Assembly: GCF_031769215.1 (NCBI RefSeq)
Contig: NW_026782003.1
Coordinates: 3,720,001-3,784,000, forward strand
From: Ylistrum balloti
Lineage: Eukaryota
Length of the DNA: 64,000 bases
Reading direction: 5' to 3'
This document shows positions 1 to 13,100 of the stretch, in pieces (position 1 is the first letter of the stretch; every line of letters begins with the position of its first letter). Below the pieces are notes generated by a model. The model made no database searches, was not told the DNA's origin, and saw nothing but the letters and a program-made list of their open reading frames with translations. Both the position numbers and the translations under genes were made by a program.

Positions 1-838
1 ACAGGAAAAAGAGCATGTGTATAGAACACGAGTTCCAAGTCTAACCGACATAATGTTTATAACAAGTTCAAAACCACAGAAATGATGTCAGCAGGACAGG
101 GTTGTTTACGGGCAGAAAAGGAGCGGTGTCTAATATCAGCTTCAGTACCATAAACTCAAAACGAGGCTTTAAAAACAATCCGTTTTGTGTGAATTAAATT
201 TTAGTAAACAAGAAACTTTCATTTTAGCCTGAGGTAATCAAGTAGATACATATTAATATAATTAGTTCTAGAAATTGACGAAATATACTCAATTTTCGTA
301 ACTGAATGGATACCATGGCTAGTATTAAATATACATAGATATCAAACATAGAAACCGCGATGGAATGTATTTAAAAAAAACACCGAGGGCTAAAATTCAT
401 GATACATTAAGCACGTCACGTTAACTTTAGACCATCTTACTAATTTTTGTTTACATCCGCACGGAGTTAAGTTTTAATTGATAATAATTTTATCTATTGC
501 TGACTATTAATTGGAAGGGTGCAATGTATGTTAATCGCCATGCGTTCTTAGTAGTAATACGGTTAAACACATTTATAACAGAGTAAAGTATTGTCGCTCC
601 GTAGCACGGAGCTAGTGATAGGGAATGGGTTTTGTAATACTTCGTGTTGGTGAATAGAATACATATTGATGAAGTTTTTTGTGTGGTCTAGCAGTTATTT
701 TGCTATGGTGAAATATAATTCTCTGTGTTGTAAATAGCGCTTAACTCTATATCTCCGATCACATTACTACACAAGTCTTGCGCGGACAGTGTCTTTTGCT
801 ATAGTATAATTCTTATTTTCTACAGTAAATTGATGACA

Positions 839-925
839 CGGAAGTCACGTGCTTCAAACGATATTCTATTGCTAGGTATTATGGGAGAGAGAAAAAAGTT
901 ACTCTTTTTTCATTGGCTATATATA
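839..925 (+). promoter_or_regulatory. Candidate promoter motifs (ETS + E-box, inverted CCAAT, TATA)
   Basis: CGGAAGT 839-845, TCACGTG 845-851, ATTGG 912-916, TATATATA 918-925. No signal-peptide exon was found between these motifs and exon 1105, so the assignment is uncertain. Confidence 0.3.
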
Positions 926-1104
926 GGGACGAAACAATCTCCTTCAATTCTGCGTCATCTTCAACAGCTCCCAGGGGCTTGGGATCTGAACGAGAATCGG
1001 TCCATGTCTAACTTTATTTCATATGGGAGGGAAATATATTTAAATGATTTTAAAAGTCCTACTTATCAAACTACTTGTATATTGAAAATGTTTGCGTGTT
1101 GTAG

Positions 1105-4100
1105 GTCCTGTGGCGCCTGTTTCCAGTAACTCGTGTGCAAGAGAGTGTACAGGTAAGTATATATTGTAGATGTAGACTGACATTGTGTTACAAGATGTGT
1201 TGTGTGTATGTGTAAATATTTTTGTAATTAAGTTATTGATACACTGCACTGGAAATAAAAGTTTAAAACGTGTATCACCAGGAAGCAAACGAGCAAATGA
1301 ACATTTGTCAATACTTGAAAACTAACTTTAATATTCAATATTGAAGTACCGGTTGGTGGTGTTACGAATATCGGATTGCGTCTGCTTGAACTTATCTGTG
1401 GAGTGACAAAGGCCACAGTTCATACACGATAATTTCGTCTTTCAAGGTCGAAACAAGGACGTTCACGGGATGCATTCATGTTTTTATCATGTTGCGTTCA
1501 TAATACACACCAAGAGGAAATTACCAGCTTTTTAAAGAATGACTGTGTCACAGGTCTCACAATGGTAATTACGAGTTACGATGTAGGATGTCATTCATTA
1601 CTGGATGTGCTGACCAGGAATTGACCAGTTTGGTGTGTGGCGCCACCTTAATGTATCGACCTATTTATGTCAATGACTACCTATCTATATAAGTAAATAA
1701 TACATATACGCGGATAAGATTATCAGGTCATCTCCCTGCAGTCCATCCTTGATCTCATTGATAACCAAATCAAATATCTGTACTAGTTGCATCAATGTCC
1801 CATAGAAAGTTCTAGGCATTTAGGCTTTGGTATTCATATATATAACACCATAAAAATGACAAATTTGTTCTAGAAATAAAGAGTTCCATTTTTAAATAAA
1901 GTTTATGATGTTAAATACAATAGTACAAAATTCTTACTGGCGAAATGTGTCTTCGCATACGAGGTGGCTTTTTAAAACCAAACTGTAACAGACAAGTTTC
2001 TTGACGGTCTCGTAATGATTGTTTCCGTACGTCATGACAACAAAATGTTTTGACTTCAAAGGAGAGGTTCAAACATGGTCCATTTTAAAGTGAAAAACTG
2101 GTTTTTTTTTGTGCAGGAACTGCTAAGTGTATTACCTAGTCTCTTAGAAAAAGCTGACTAAAACTAAAAAAATGCATTAAGTAACACGTTTGGGATGCCA
2201 TGGCCAGATTTTTCTGGATCTTGTAATGTTAGAAATTTTGTAAGGATATATTAGCATGCCTTCAAATTGTGGTGTTAATCTGTTGTCAATAATGGTAGGA
2301 TTTGTGAATATTTTCATGTTATTTTGAAAACTATCTAATGAAAACATAGAAAAAATCTTGAGATATGCTTCCTGTTGAAAACACAAAACTACATATTTCG
2401 CTCGAGTATGAAATTTTTAGATCAGTGAAAAACAGTGACATTTTCCCTTAACATTCCCTCAATTTGCCGTCTCCTCCCCTCATCAATTAAAAACCTGTAT
2501 GGGCTCTAAGGAACATACGGTATTCAACTGACCTGAAAGTATGTTCCTGCGAAAAGTAACTATTGATGACTGATTGAGTGGCCGTTGAATGACCCAAATT
2601 GGTAGCCCCTTTTCAAATTATGAATGGTCGGTACGCCATGCTGAATGCAAAATGCTTTTAGATCTTTTTATTTGTTTGTTTGTGAAATGCTTAACCTGAC
2701 ATTTTTTTTGTCCATCAGTAAATTTTGAAAAGAAATTAATAAACGAACACATTAAAACAATCACAGCGAGACATGTTAATTTAATTGAACAGTCTGTAGA
2801 ATCATTATTTTTTCACGCTGCAGACATGGGTTCGATTACTGTCGGTATGCTCCACGGAAATGTGTTTTCCACTATGCTTTCACGCACTTTTTTAAAAACT
2901 ATATTGACGGACTTTCCTTATTAATATCTGCTTAATATTTTTTCGTGTGGAAATACTTTTGAGAACACAGTGTATATAAAACTCAGATTTGTTTTCCGTT
3001 GGTAGTGTATTTCTTTCTAATATAACTAGCGAAGTTTTGGACAGATCTCATAAAAATTTTGCTTGAATTAACACCAAAAATAATGGATTTGAAATACATG
3101 AATGCTGACTTCATGGATTATTTTTCTTGGATTTTAGGGCTCCGTATTAAACATTTCAGTTTGTCTTTTGACTTTTTAAAAATAAATCGGGAATTTGGAT
3201 GAATATTATTTTAAAAAAAATCAAGCGAGACAATGACCATTTCTTTTAGATGGAAAGAACACCGAACATTTTCGTTCAAAGCATTAAGTCCTCAAAAAAG
3301 TTAAACTTTAGATCATTGTCAAATATTAAGTTTAAGTATTTTTTCACTCAAATTTACATTTTTCAATTGTTATGGAGATTTGTGGCTGTCAAATTAATTT
3401 GAAAATTAGCGATTATCTGTTGCTTTTTATTGAAAGAAAAAAAAATTCTGGAAACGAAAATGCATATTTTCTGTAAGAAATATTCAAACGCCCGTGTCCT
3501 TTTAATCACCTGCAGAAACGGACTGAAATGAAAATTTGGGCAAACTATTTTTATACCAATGTTAAGATTTATTGTCACAACCACAGTGTACTGAGAAATC
3601 TCCATCCATTCAGTGATTGGAGTCCGTTCTGTCACTATTTTCTGACAACATTTAGTAACATGCTCTCTTTTGAGTTATCTGCCCTTGGATACAGCCCGCG
3701 AAGGAAGTGGCGACAGATGAGAAACATATATGTTACCTAGGTGGATAGAAATCATTATACAAGATAGTCTAGCTATTCAAAAGCTCCCTTTTGTTGCCCC
3801 GAATTTGATTTTGTTTTTATGTTGAAGTGCATTGCTAATGAGTAACATTTACGCAATTTTGCATAAACGTACCAGGGACGGATAGGAACTGTCTACAGTG
3901 GTAATCCCTTTTGTGATTCCTCATTGGGACTAACTTATATCGATGAGGGACATTGTCAAACGTCCCATATAAATGAGTCCCGAAGAGGAATCCCAGAATG
4001 AATAAGTCTAAGGGTTCAAGCTGGAAAAGTTAGTATTTGTAAATTATTTGTTTTCACGACCTAATTTACTGTAGTCACTTTACAGATGGGACACATGAAA

Positions 4101-7100
4101 CTCTATTTTAAAACGGCAACATATATATATAGTCTGCTTTACACATAAGTTTTATACTGTATGTCGTCAATTGCAACTTTTAATACTGAAATATGCTTAA
4201 CTCATTGAAAATGTTCGCGCCTATTATTAAAAGTTATTTACTTGTTCAAAGTTTGAACCGGCCACATTACTCGCACGACAATATTCCTGTTCGGAATACA
4301 TTAATTTGAAAAAGAAGTGAAAAATTCGCGGAAATAGTTTATGAATCGATTACTCGGTTTTTACTGCTTTTTTCACTTTTTATGAAAGTTTCTAATATTG
4401 TATGTTTATTAGAGTACAAAAGGTTATTTTTGTCTACTAGCGCTTGACAGGTTGGTGATGTGCTTTGTAATATTAACTTTATTGACTACCAATAGATGAA
4501 ATATGGCACATGTATATATACTTGACCAATTCAGAATTTATTTCATTCTCGTAGTTGTATATGACCTGAGTAACCTTGGTGATCAAGGTTCTATTTACCG
4601 CGATTGTTTGGTATAATTGATAATGGACATGATAAGATAACTAGATAATAATTGATAAAGTATAACTAGTTGTACTCTGCTATATGAACTGATGAAAGGT
4701 ATTATACTGGATGTTTGTAACAACAGTGTAATTATCTAGGATATTATCTTTAGCTACTGTGCAAATGTGTTCTTGTGATTATCACGTGCTCGTTGATCTT
4801 AAGATGATGGAGTAAAGGATGTGTAACAATGATAACATTTTAGGATATGATTGAAATCACGAAATTGAATATTCATTATGAACTGTTTAGAAACTAATAC
4901 TTCTAGTAGGCATTGAATAGTAAAGTTTGTGTATTAAAACTTTATTTAAATTAAAATACTTCCCCTCCAAACATAGATAAATATGTCAGTGTTTTTTTTT
5001 TTTTTTTTTTTGAAACATTTAAAAAAAAAAACTAGCATGAATTGTGGTTGTGATTAAATTTACCAGAAATCAAGAATGACAAAGTACATCTTGGCTTTAG
5101 CTAGGTCTTAGAGATTTCACATCAGTCAGAGCTAAGGAAAAAAAACATGGAATTGTACATCTGTATTTACATACTGACTTCAAACTCCAAATACTGACAT
5201 ATTTAACAATGTTTGTTACTATAAGCAGTTATAACAGCAAGTTAGAAATATTTTTTTTTACTTATAATATGCAATTCAGATGTTGTTAAAATATCAAAAT
5301 GAAATTTAAGATATTGTAATAAAATATGCGAACATAATTTTCTTTAAAAAGTTTATGTAAAAAATTCATTTTTCCAGATAACAGCAAGTTTCTGTATCAG
5401 CCAGGGACGGTATATGAATTTCTTTATGAGGGTAAGACATTCACTGGTATACACGGGGCATCAGAGGACAATGCAGGTTTAAAGATAACTTCTAACGTTT
5501 TAATAGGAGTCATTTCCAAGTGTGAATTTACGTTGGAGGTAAGTTGGTTTTGAATATTTTCTTTGATCTCTCCCGATTCATAATATAGGAATAAAAAAAG
5601 TGAGCCATTTAGTCGCTATCTGTTCATTTATATAAATTCTAATACAAGGTAAAATAGGCAAGTAGGACGTTTTGTGAATTTGGAGGTGTTTGAAAATACC
5701 TCAGTACATTTAAAACACTCCTCCATCTGAAAGCTTCTCAATGTCCATATTTTGCAGCAATTTAGTGCTATTTCCAATATTGTTAAAAAGAAATTTCATT
5801 TTCTATCAAGACATCCATAGTTTTTAAACAGGTATGAATTAACACAATACCAACTTTATTAAAATGAAAAAGTGTAATGATAAATCCTATATAAAGTCAA
5901 TGTAGAATTGGTGTTAAGCTATTTTCCACTAAATAAATAACCATCAAAAGTGTTATAATCCTGTCCTGTGTTCAGTATGCCTTTTTATGTAGCTAGGAAT
6001 TAGATACTTTTTCTGTAAATGAATCTTTTCCATATTTATAATTGGAAAGTTAGAATCCTATACATAGTATTAATGTTTTAAAATTTGGTACGAAGAATTT
6101 CAGTACTTCCAATATCAATTTTTTAAAATGGTCTTAATTTTGATGTTTATTCAGCTATCTGATACAGTTTTATATGGAGCGGATCCTGATCGATCAGTTC
6201 GACTAAGAAGACACAGTGATACACGAGAATTTAAAAGAGCTTTACAAAATAACAATTTGAGGTTCTCCTTCCAAGATGGTGTCATAGATCAACTGTGTCC
6301 CAGTGATGATGAACCAACATGGGTGCTGAACATCAAACGAGGCATCTTGTCCGCATTTCAAAATGGAATGGAATCTCTTGGCAGTGACCATGAAGTCTCC
6401 GAGGTGAAATGTTAGAGGAAACAGGAAGATCAATCAGGCCTTGTCTATCCTGTATTCTGAATTAGGGAATTACAGAGTTAGGGAAAATTTGTTCCCCATA
6501 ACATTGATAGAGCTATTGTAGAAATGGAGTGGTCATTTTAATCGCTCAAGACTTCATGTGTAGATGTTCAGATCTAAGTCCTTCAGTTGAAGTTGTGAGA
6601 AATGTAGAGGACTAAGTTTGCTCAATAGTTGACTACCTGGTAGTCCTGTTGATTAAAGAGTCTGTTAAGCTTGGGAGCATTCTTGGTTCGATTCTTTGCC
6701 CAGCAATAACATTTTCTCCTCTCTTTCTGTTATATTCAGGTTTATGGAATAAATGGTAGCTGCAATAAAGAGTTTTAAGTGTATTTTTGTGAAGTGTTTC
6801 AAAGATATTTGAATTTTAGATAATTGTTAGCCCATTTATCATTGTTGATGTCTTTTCACCCTCTTCCTACAATCCATTTTTTTTTTATAATTTTGTTTAT
6901 GAATCTTTGTAAAACATCGATGTTGAAAATGTGAAGCTTTTTGAGGAACTGAAAAAAAGGAAGATGGTTCACTTACTTTAAGTAATTATTTTTTCAGGAG
7001 TGTTTTCATTGAAGTTTTAATTTGATAATGACACATTGACATGATTTTATATTATGTAGACTGATGTGACAGGGAAATGCCCCACCACATACAAAATGAT

Positions 7101-10100
7101 CCAAGACGGATGGAAAACAAGAACAGTGAAGAAGACAAAGGATATGAGTGCCTGCCAAGAACGTCATGGCTTCGATAGTTCAGCTCACTCCATGCTTTAC
7201 AGAGTACCATCAGTAAGGAGATCCACATAAAATGATCTATTAGAGACGTATCAGATATCTGTAGAATTCTTTCTTTACTCTTATCTCTTGTCAAGAATTA
7301 AAGAAGTAACTTCAAAGTTATGCTTCAGTAACACAATTTTAAAAGTCAGTAAGATGTAGTTTTACTATTCAGAGACACAATTTCATAAGTTCGTTAAAAA
7401 AAAATTCAGTGATCAAATGTCCGATTTCAGTCTTTCAAATTCCAGGAAGACTAGGGGTTTCATAGGTCCAAGTAAAACAGATGTGATCAATTTTATTTGA
7501 AGATTATCAAGTTTTTGTGCTTTGATGTAATGTTCTAGATTATGTTTGAATATTTTTTTTTGTGATTATTTAAATAAAAAGGGAAATTATATATTTCTCA
7601 TGTTGATCAGAATTAATGAAATATCAGATGGTCTCAAAATTTTTCAAGACATGAGCAGGTCATGATATCCGGTGTCAGGTTGACCTGGCACATGCCAGGG
7701 ATTTCGTGGCTCTGACACGTTGTATATATATTTGTACTGATTAATTTCAGAGCATACAGAGTTTACCTCTGATGAAAAGTACCCATGAATGTAGTCAAGA
7801 TTTTAACGTTCAAGAGAAAATTTTAAAACGCAGCGTCTGTCATGAGATTCATTTGTTCCGTCCATTTTCTAAAGAAGACAATGGCGCTACCACAGAAGTA
7901 GTACAGAAGCTCACATTTGTTTCAAGTATCAGCAGATCTGTTATGCAAGGTGAGGAACCTTTCCAAGAAATGATCAACAGCTTTATTTGATTTGATTAAA
8001 ATTAACACGCTTGTTGTGATTTGAGAAATGCTTTAAATTTATGTAAAATACTTAAAGTATACTATGGAAAAATGTTCTATGCTAAGTGCTCTTATTCAAG
8101 GGTTGTTTCCATTTTGTATCCATTTTTCTTGGTCAAAGCTGAAAAGACAGCAATCACTTGTTGTAATAAGAACGGAATAAACATGTAGAGGTATTGTGAC
8201 TGTTAAATATTGCAGAGACTAAGTTGCTTTTGTCTATAGTCTAGCTATTAAACATTGGAAAAGATATGTAATGAAATAGAAATAATTTGAGTGGAGGAGA
8301 GGTCTAAAATTGATTGGAAAAAGGTTATTTTAAATGACTTAATTTAAGTTTATATTTTGGTTAGATTTTTAGGTCACCTGAGCTGAAGGCTCATGGTGAC
8401 CTATTGCCCTCACGATTTGTCTGTCGTCGTGCGTCGTGCGCTGTGCGTCATGCGTCGTGCGTCGTTAACTTTTCACATATTCGACTTCTTCTCAAGAACC
8501 ACTGAATGGATTTTGACCAAACTTGGCACAAAGCATCCTCATGGGAAGCTGCTTCAATAGGGGCCCCAGGAGGGGAAAAAAGGGGGTAATATTAGGTAAA
8601 TCTTTAGAAATCTTCTTCTCATGAACCAACAGTCAGATTAAATTCATATTTGATATTTAGGGTCCTTATGGCAAGGTCTACAAAGTTTGCAAATGAAAAA
8701 AAAATTGGGTCAAAAACGGCCCCACTAGGGGGTACTCAAAAGGGTCAAAAATTCAACTTTGACCGATTTCAACCAAATTCGGTAGACAGCATCCCTTAGT
8801 GAAGGACATATGAAATTATGTTGAAAAAAGTGATAAATGTAAAAGCCTGCCTTAAATGACTACTTCTCAAGAACCAGTGGATGGATTTTGACCAAGCTTG
8901 GCACAAAGCATCCCCATGGGAAGCCGCTTCAAGTTTGCGAACAAAAAGGGCGTGGCCCCAATAGGGGAAACTTGATACGAATGTTCTACACAAGGTCCTG
9001 GCAAGTGTTTTATCTTTTTGGGGTGATTCAAAATCCAAGATGGCCACCCTGGCCTCTGTTTGGCTAAGACATTATGGACTTCCTCTCGAGAACCATTGGG
9101 TGGGTCATGTTCAAATTTGGTACAGATGTTTTACACATGGTCCTGCACAAGTGTTGTTACATTTTTGCAACATTTTAAAATCCCCAGATTATTGACATAT
9201 ATTCCTCAGGTGACCGTTAAGGCCCCTTGGGCCTCTTGTTAAATATAAATACTATTTGCAGCTGACATCAACAGAAGGGAGACCATTTTATTTGAGCATG
9301 AAGGTGGTGAGCGAGGGACGACAGTGGATTATCAGTCTGCCTTATCCAAACTCAGTGAGCTGTGTACATCCACACAGACAGACATTCGTCCAGAAACACC
9401 TAGGGAATTTTCAGAGCTGGTATATGAACTGAAAAAACTGGACTCTCTTTCTCTTAACTCCGTCTTCAGACAAGTTAGTGATCCAAGCTTTTGTCCTGGC
9501 AACTCAGACCGTGTCAAGTGAGTATGATATTGTAATAACTTAAAATGTCTGTAAATGCTTTCTTGTTGACATCATTTCATTCATGTTCCTTTCAAAATGT
9601 AGACATTTTAACAAAACACTCAGTGTTTTGTTTTTTTACACATAGTTTTTGATATTAAATTAGTTTATTGCAGAGGTTTCCGAATGCTTTTCTTTGTTTT
9701 ATGGTATTATAGTGGAATGTTTCTCGTTATTTTAGAAAATTTTACTTGGATGCCATTCCTATGGTCGGCACTGGAGCAGCAGTTAGTCAGATCACAGAGA
9801 GAATTATGAACAATGACATATCTGCCACATTTGCAGAAATGTGGCTAGCATCCCTTTCATTTGTTCAACATCCAACCAAGGAAATGCTTGCAGAAGTTTT
9901 GGTAAGTCTTTATTTGACACACTGTAACTACCTTTGGTGTAAATGAAATTATATATCGGATATCTGTCATCAATAATTTGAATGGATTACATATTAAAAT
10001 GTAACACCATGGCCTAAATGTGAGGATATATCATGCATGCATTAAATTTAGATCCCTATTTTTAGTGCATTATTTGTTTCAATTTCGGAAAAATTGTTGG

Positions 10101-13100
10101 TTAATTTTTGAAGGTAAATGCTATATAATTCTGTTTGTTAAACATGAATTTACAAAAAACAATTATGATTTCTTAAAATACTGATGCATATTTCTTTGTA
10201 CAGTAAAACTATAAAGATACTATGTTCAAAATTAAAAATAAGTTTGAAACACTAACTAGTGAATGAATGTGTGTACAGAGACTACTGGACATGCCCAATG
10301 GTAACAAGGTGATCCTTCCAGTGTCTGCCCTGGTTCACAGCTACTGCAGGGAAAACCCACAATGTGGAGATGATATGGAGGTAGATGATATCATGACATG
10401 GCTGGAAAACAAAATTGGTCGTAACTGCCAATACACTGATGATACATACATGCAGGTAATGAATTCATAGAAATATGAGTGCAATCATATTATTTATTGC
10501 CAACATAATCTGGGCTTTCCTGCTTTGTGAATGAGAATTTGGTAGTGCTAAACCTAATACGACTTAATTGATAAATTGTAATAAAACAAAACAAAGTTCA
10601 TACATTCAGAATTTTTCATCAAATATTTTGTAGAATTATTGTTGAGTGTTAATATTTTACTGTAATGTTGTAAATACTTGTACTATACAATTTTTTTTTT
10701 CATTTTCTCATTTTTTTTAATGTTTGGATGGCTGAATATCTGTTGTTATTTCTAAATGATATGGGCAGGAGTCCATGGCATGTGTTGCAATAATGCAGGA
10801 TTTTGTGTTTTTGTCAATTTTGATTCCTTTGTCATCATAGACAATCCATCTTACAGTAATTATTGGATTGGAATTTAAGATCTTGTTGAAATAGTTAAAA
10901 ATAAGAAATCCAACTGGAATAAAATTACCGTACAATTAACAGTCTTATTTGAATGTTAGTTTAATATGTAATTTACTGATCAAGATAAAAAATATGATGT
11001 AATACAACAAGCATTAAGGTGCTAGGTCAAAGTATTTAATAAGTCATGAATTTCAAGTTAGATTAGATATAATTAAAAAAAAAAAAGTTTGAAAACTCAA
11101 AAATAATGTTTAATCGAAGACTTTGAAATTTAGTTTCCTTCAGCCACAGGAGAATTTTCACTTAAGCAAATTAATCCCTGGACGGAATTGTTATATATCA
11201 TCTCAACAGGGTTATGATTTTGTCTGATGAACAAGCTAGCTATGTGATAGAACTCATGCGGAATATTGATTGTTAAAGATATTGACAGTAGAATATAACC
11301 AAAATATAATGTTTGTAATTGTTACAGGTACTGTTGTCCCTGCGAGCTGTCGGTAACATTGGTCTTGCTCAATCAGCCATTCCGAACCTCAGTCAATGTT
11401 TCAAGTCCGTCCAAGTTACCATGGAGATGAGGCTGGCAGCCGTAGAGGCATTCAGGAGATTTCCATGCACAGCTGATGTAAGTTAGGACTGATATACATG
11501 TCATAAAACTTACTAGTTTTGTATTTTCACTTTAGACGTTAGCATTAATTGTATGTTATTCCCTGTATATGAAGAAAAAGCTGTTGTTTAAATTTTTGTA
11601 GATTTCAAAATCCAAACAACGATGTATTTGAACTACAATGCATTCTAATCGAAAGAAAGATTTGTGAAAATTTTTATGGAAATCTATATTCAGATTAATG
11701 AAGTTCATTGCATCTTTGAATGTATGTAAAGGGTTGTTTCACAATGAAAAACACCACTAAATGACATTTTATTTTCACTTATTGCAGAGGAGTGAGCTTA
11801 TGATGCTATACAAAGACAACAGTGAGGATTCAGAGATCAGGATTGCAGCTTATCTAGAGGTCATGAAGTGTGCTAGCTCAGAGGTCATTGCTGAGGTCAA
11901 GGAGGTTCTTGCCACAGAGGAGGTGAACCAGGTTGGTAATATTTTTAATTTCTCATAAGCAAGATAATGGTAGTGTGGAATCACATGATATCTGTTAATT
12001 AAAGGTGAATAAAGACATTTTTTAAAATTCAGCATAGGTTTAGTGGTAGTTTGACCTAATTCAACGTATTTCTATTAACTTCTGTAATTGTGTCAGGTGG
12101 GAAGCTTCGTTTGGACTCATCTGACCAACTTGATGGAAACATCTGACCCCACCAAACAAGATATCCGTGCCATCCTTGAAGATGAAGTCCTACAAAGAGA
12201 GTTTGACATGGACAGAAGGAAGTTCTCACGTAACTACGAGATGTCATACTTCTCGGAGAAATTTAACTTGGGTGGATCGATGGAGAGCAATCTTGTCTGG
12301 TCACCGAAGTCTTTTGTTCCTCGATCATTGATGGCGAATCTAACAGTGGATCTGTTTGGTCACTCCTACAATTTGTTAGAGATTGGAGGTAGAGCTGAAG
12401 GTCTGGAACATCTCCTGGAAGCCTACTTTGGTCCATCTGGTCATCTTCGTAAAAACAAAGCTTCATCTCCAGCCCCAGAGATGCCAATTAATAAAGCTTT
12501 AAATATGAACAAGCTGAATAGAATGGGAAACACTGTAAGTTTGAGATTTTTTTTATTGTACTTTTATGTTTGTAATTATAAATATATGTTGTTGGATTAT
12601 CTAAAAACTTGCAGCTGAATTGATTGTTGAGTTTCCGAACAAGCTGCTGGGTAGTCTTGAGTCTACACCGGCGATTGTTGCAGCTGAAAGGGAAGGACAA
12701 AAAGATATAAAAATAACTTATGATTTTAATGAATTGTATGGAAAACATTTGTATAAGCTTACTTATTCATCAGAATTTAGACTCACTACTAAAACTAAAA
12801 CAAAAACTAATATAAAATGTGTCTATTATAAGAAAAGATTGAATAAATTGAGTGCAGTCATGTCTTTTCTTATCTGTTGAGTTAGATCCTTAAATATTTG
12901 GGTGTACAATGATTAAATATTCCATTTGATGAAAAAAGTACAAAAAAGTTTATTCACTACTTATATTGACAGCTTGACTCTGATGAAGACCTTCAAGGTT
13001 CAATGTACATGCGTGTGTTTGGAAATGAAGTGAAATATCTGAACTTGAAGAAGATGCAGGACTCTGATAACAACTTGAACAACTTTGACTTTGATGCTTT

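Noticed and set aside
830-1129. 99-aa ORF as the start of the LLTP gene
   Set aside because: It has no signal peptide or LLTP similarity and is out of frame with the GPVAPVSSNSCARECT exon.
12620-12880. 86-aa intronic ORF
   Set aside because: It lies between two phase-matched exons, has no usable splice sites or motifs, and includes low-complexity ACTAAA repeats.
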